From NCBI GenBank assembly GCA_051294905.1, contig CM119372.1:37512001-37576000 (forward strand): 64,000 bases of DNA. Direction: 5' to 3'. This document shows, one piece after another, positions 61,008 through 64,000 of the stretch (its first letter is position 1; the number at the start of each line of letters is the position of its first letter). The notes below the pieces were generated by a model. It was not told where the DNA came from and searched no databases. It worked only from the letters and a program-made list of their open reading frames with translations. Source of the stretch: Botryllus schlosseri (taxonomy: Eukaryota). Made by a program: the position numbers and the translations under genes.

Positions 61008-63820
61008 CAGTGGTGGCTTTTGGGGTAGGCGAGGTAGGCGGTCGCCTAGGGCCCCCCCCTGGTTGATTTACGCGCTTTCGAGGGCCCCCCCTCCTCGGTT
61101 TACGCGCTTTTTCCAACTATTTCTCCGGTTTACGCGCTTTTTTTCAAGTATTACCATTTTCTGAATAACCGCTGAATCCTTGTATCCATAAAGAATATGG
61201 TATTGTACCGTAAAGACAGGTCAATCATCAAATCTCATTCTTTAGTAATCATTTTACGAATACCCACAAAAATCCATGCGCCAATTTAGAATATGGTACC
61301 GTAAGCAGTAGTCGATCATTAAATTTTTGCGCTAGTTGCAAGAGCTCACTTTGATTTGATGATCTCTATCTATTTTGCCATTAGCTAAAGGGCCCCCCCT
61401 CCTACATTTACGCAAATGTTATCATTTTGCAAATAACTGAAAATGCATGTACCCATGTAGAATGTAATACCGCACACAGAAGTCAATCATTAAATTACTG
61501 CACCTGCTAAAAGCTTATTTTTATTTTATGAGGGGGGCCCCTTCTTCATTTACGCGATTTTTGGTTATCATTTTACGAATAACCGTAAAAATACATGTAC
61601 CCATGTAGCATATGGTACCGTAAACAGTAGTCGATCATTGAATTTCTGCATCCGCTTAAAGAGCTTACTTCGATTTTATGAGCCTGCCCCCCTAAATTTA
61701 TGCGAATTTTAGTTATCATTTTGCGAATAACCGTGAAAATGTATGTACCGATGTAGAATATGATACCGTAAACCGTCGATCATTAAATTTCTGCATCTGG
61801 TAAAAGAGCTTAATTTGATTTTATGAGCCCCCCCCCCCCCTTACATTTATGCGAATTTTAGTTGTCATTTTACGAGTAACCGTGAAAATATATGTACCCA
61901 TGCAGAATATGGTACAGTAAACAGTAGTCGATCATTAAATTTCTGCACCTGCTAATAGAGCTTACTTTGATTTTATGAGCCCCCCCTCCATTTATGCCAA
62001 TTTTAGTTTATCATTTTGCGAAAAACCGTGAAAATACATGTAGGCCTACCCATGTAGAATATTGTCTTGTAAACGGTGTTTGATAATTGAATTTCTGTGC
62101 TTGTTAAAAGAGCCTACTTCGATTTTATGTTAATGAGGTCATATTGTAACATGGAATGAATTATTATTGAGTATATATTTCCTAGTGGCAGCAGTGTATA
62201 TTTCAGTGCATCAAAATTTTCCAGTATAAGTTTGTGAGATTCTACTTGCTAGCTCTTGATGCCAGCTTTCATATGATACCGTATGTTAATTGATAATGAA
62301 CCGTGTCCACACTGAGCCTGAATATCCAAAATATCAAAGGAAATAGTCATTTGAAAGCCAATGAAAGCATAGGCTATTATAGCCTATATATTGTTGTTTA
62401 CTGAGCCATTCTCTTGTTGTGAATTGGGCCTTTTCTGAATGGAAATTCATTCTCAGGGTTGTCATGATGGTAAATTTGTTCATTTCTTGTCTGCGGATTA
62501 GCAGCGTATTTTCAAAGCTTTACCATGCTCAATGTGCACCCGGTACAGTCAGTTAGAAAGTGTTTATGGTTTTGTCAGAAAGTGTTTTTTTTTATCACAG
62601 GTGGATGTCTTTTAATTGGTGGTGTACTATAGATAGATATGCAATACATCTTGCATCTTGCATGCAGGACAGTTTCTAGCGGCCTGCTGCCTGATATTTT
62701 ATGCCTCAAAAATCTATGTCGATACTTGAAAGGTTTGAATGGCTATCATTGAGAAAGGTGTACGAAAGGCTACATATATTCAATTTGTTGTGAGGTTGAT
62801 AATTTAATGTGATGTCACAGAAAAAGACCAAAATGTGACCAAACAATTAGCAATGGAATCAATTTCAGCAGGGCAGAGGAAAGAATTAAATGATCACAAG
62901 TCAAGTTTTTGCAACTTTTTTTACAGCTTCTGGCAGCTTCCTAAATACTCGGAAGTTATGTAGTATGGTGTTTTAAGCTGTTACGAGGAATCTTATATTG
63001 CGACTTTTCTTCATTTTTTCAAGCAACTTTTTGCAGCTTTTCGATTTTTCATGCAACTCACTTTTTACTGGAAATATTTGGTACTTTATGTAAATAGATC
63101 GCTTGATTATCATCACTGTCGTTTAAATTTGAGGTCATTTCTGAGTTGACATACATTCAGGCTAGACCGCCGTAAATTATATTAGCCTACTACTGGGTCA
63201 ATTTTTTCAGGCTATTGATTTTGTTGAAGGCGCCAACACTGAGTTTCGCGACAGTGCCTTGGATACGCATCGATTCGAGTATCTCATACCTTAATAATGT
63301 CAAGACACTTATCCATAAATGTACTTTTTTAGTGTAACTTTAGTGAAAAATAAATGAAAAATGAATGCAACTTTTTACTTCAACTTTTATGAAAAATATG
63401 TGCAACTTTCCACGGATTTGACTGCAACCAAAATTTGCCCTAAGATCAGGTGTTGCATAAGACAATTTTGACCATTACACTCTTGAAATGGGCTACCAGT
63501 TCAATATAAATGTGACTCGGTAAACAGCATATTTAGTAAGGCGCACTCGTCAGTTGACAACCGTACCTTTCATTAGCTACGATGAGTTTGGTATCACTCA
63601 GTTATATGTTATGTTGTAATTGGTAGCATCAGTATCTCCTAATTACTGCAGTCAAGTATCTGTTACAATGCCGCGAGTACATGCTAAATGTAAGTCAGGA
63701 TCTCAGAAAAGGAAGTGGTTCAGATTTGGAAAGAAAGTGACAATGCAAATTTTGAACTGCGACACAAATATTTAACCATCTATTTCAGCTCAGGAATGTT
63801 CTGCACAAATTGAGGATGAT
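61008..63820 (+). mobile_element. Second copy of the CAGTGGTGGC element (left part)
   Basis: Colinear with 15984-16731 plus 21026-22738, lacks the hAT insertion and has 7 tandem units. Confidence 0.92.
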
Positions 63821-64000
63821 TGTAGCGGTCGCTGCAACGGCTTGTTGCAAGACGCGCTGGTATAGTGCTTGATTGGAGTCGACGCTACAGCTTACAGTTC
63901 CTGTTGTACGCACTAGTCACTGACTAATGACAGCTCTGAGTATACTCTTGCAATCCTGATCACACACGCAGATCCAAGGAGCTTTCTTTATAGCACAGAA
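63821..64000. mobile_element. Start of a new insertion, possibly an LTR
   Basis: Similarity to the paralog (...TGAGGATGAT|GCTG) stops abruptly and the new sequence starts TGTAG. Confidence 0.45.

Overview
This is eukaryotic, invertebrate-animal-like genomic DNA (AT-rich, with GT-AG introns and no bacterial gene density), and most of it is transposon-derived. It is built from three deeply nested insertion stacks (2128-6761, 15984-43290, 47561-59247), whose boundaries can be read directly from terminal inverted repeats (TIRs) and target-site duplications (TSDs). Recognisable elements are a decayed piggyBac, a near-intact ZNF862-like hAT with one premature TGA, many hAT-type MITEs, two palindromic MITEs with 7-bp TSDs, a CACTG (EnSpm/CACTA-like) element that has lost its transposase core but retains a spliced accessory gene, tRNA-derived SINEs, LINE 3' fragments and a probable LTR start at the right edge. 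The least explained object is a 12.4-kb insertion (24345-36779). It has a 9-bp TSD and GG...CC ends but no TIR, and it carries decayed, apparently intronless membrane-glycoprotein-like frames. A possible host gene with a signal-peptide exon runs on the minus strand in 1.8-15.8 kb. All family assignments come from motif recognition by eye; no database search was run.
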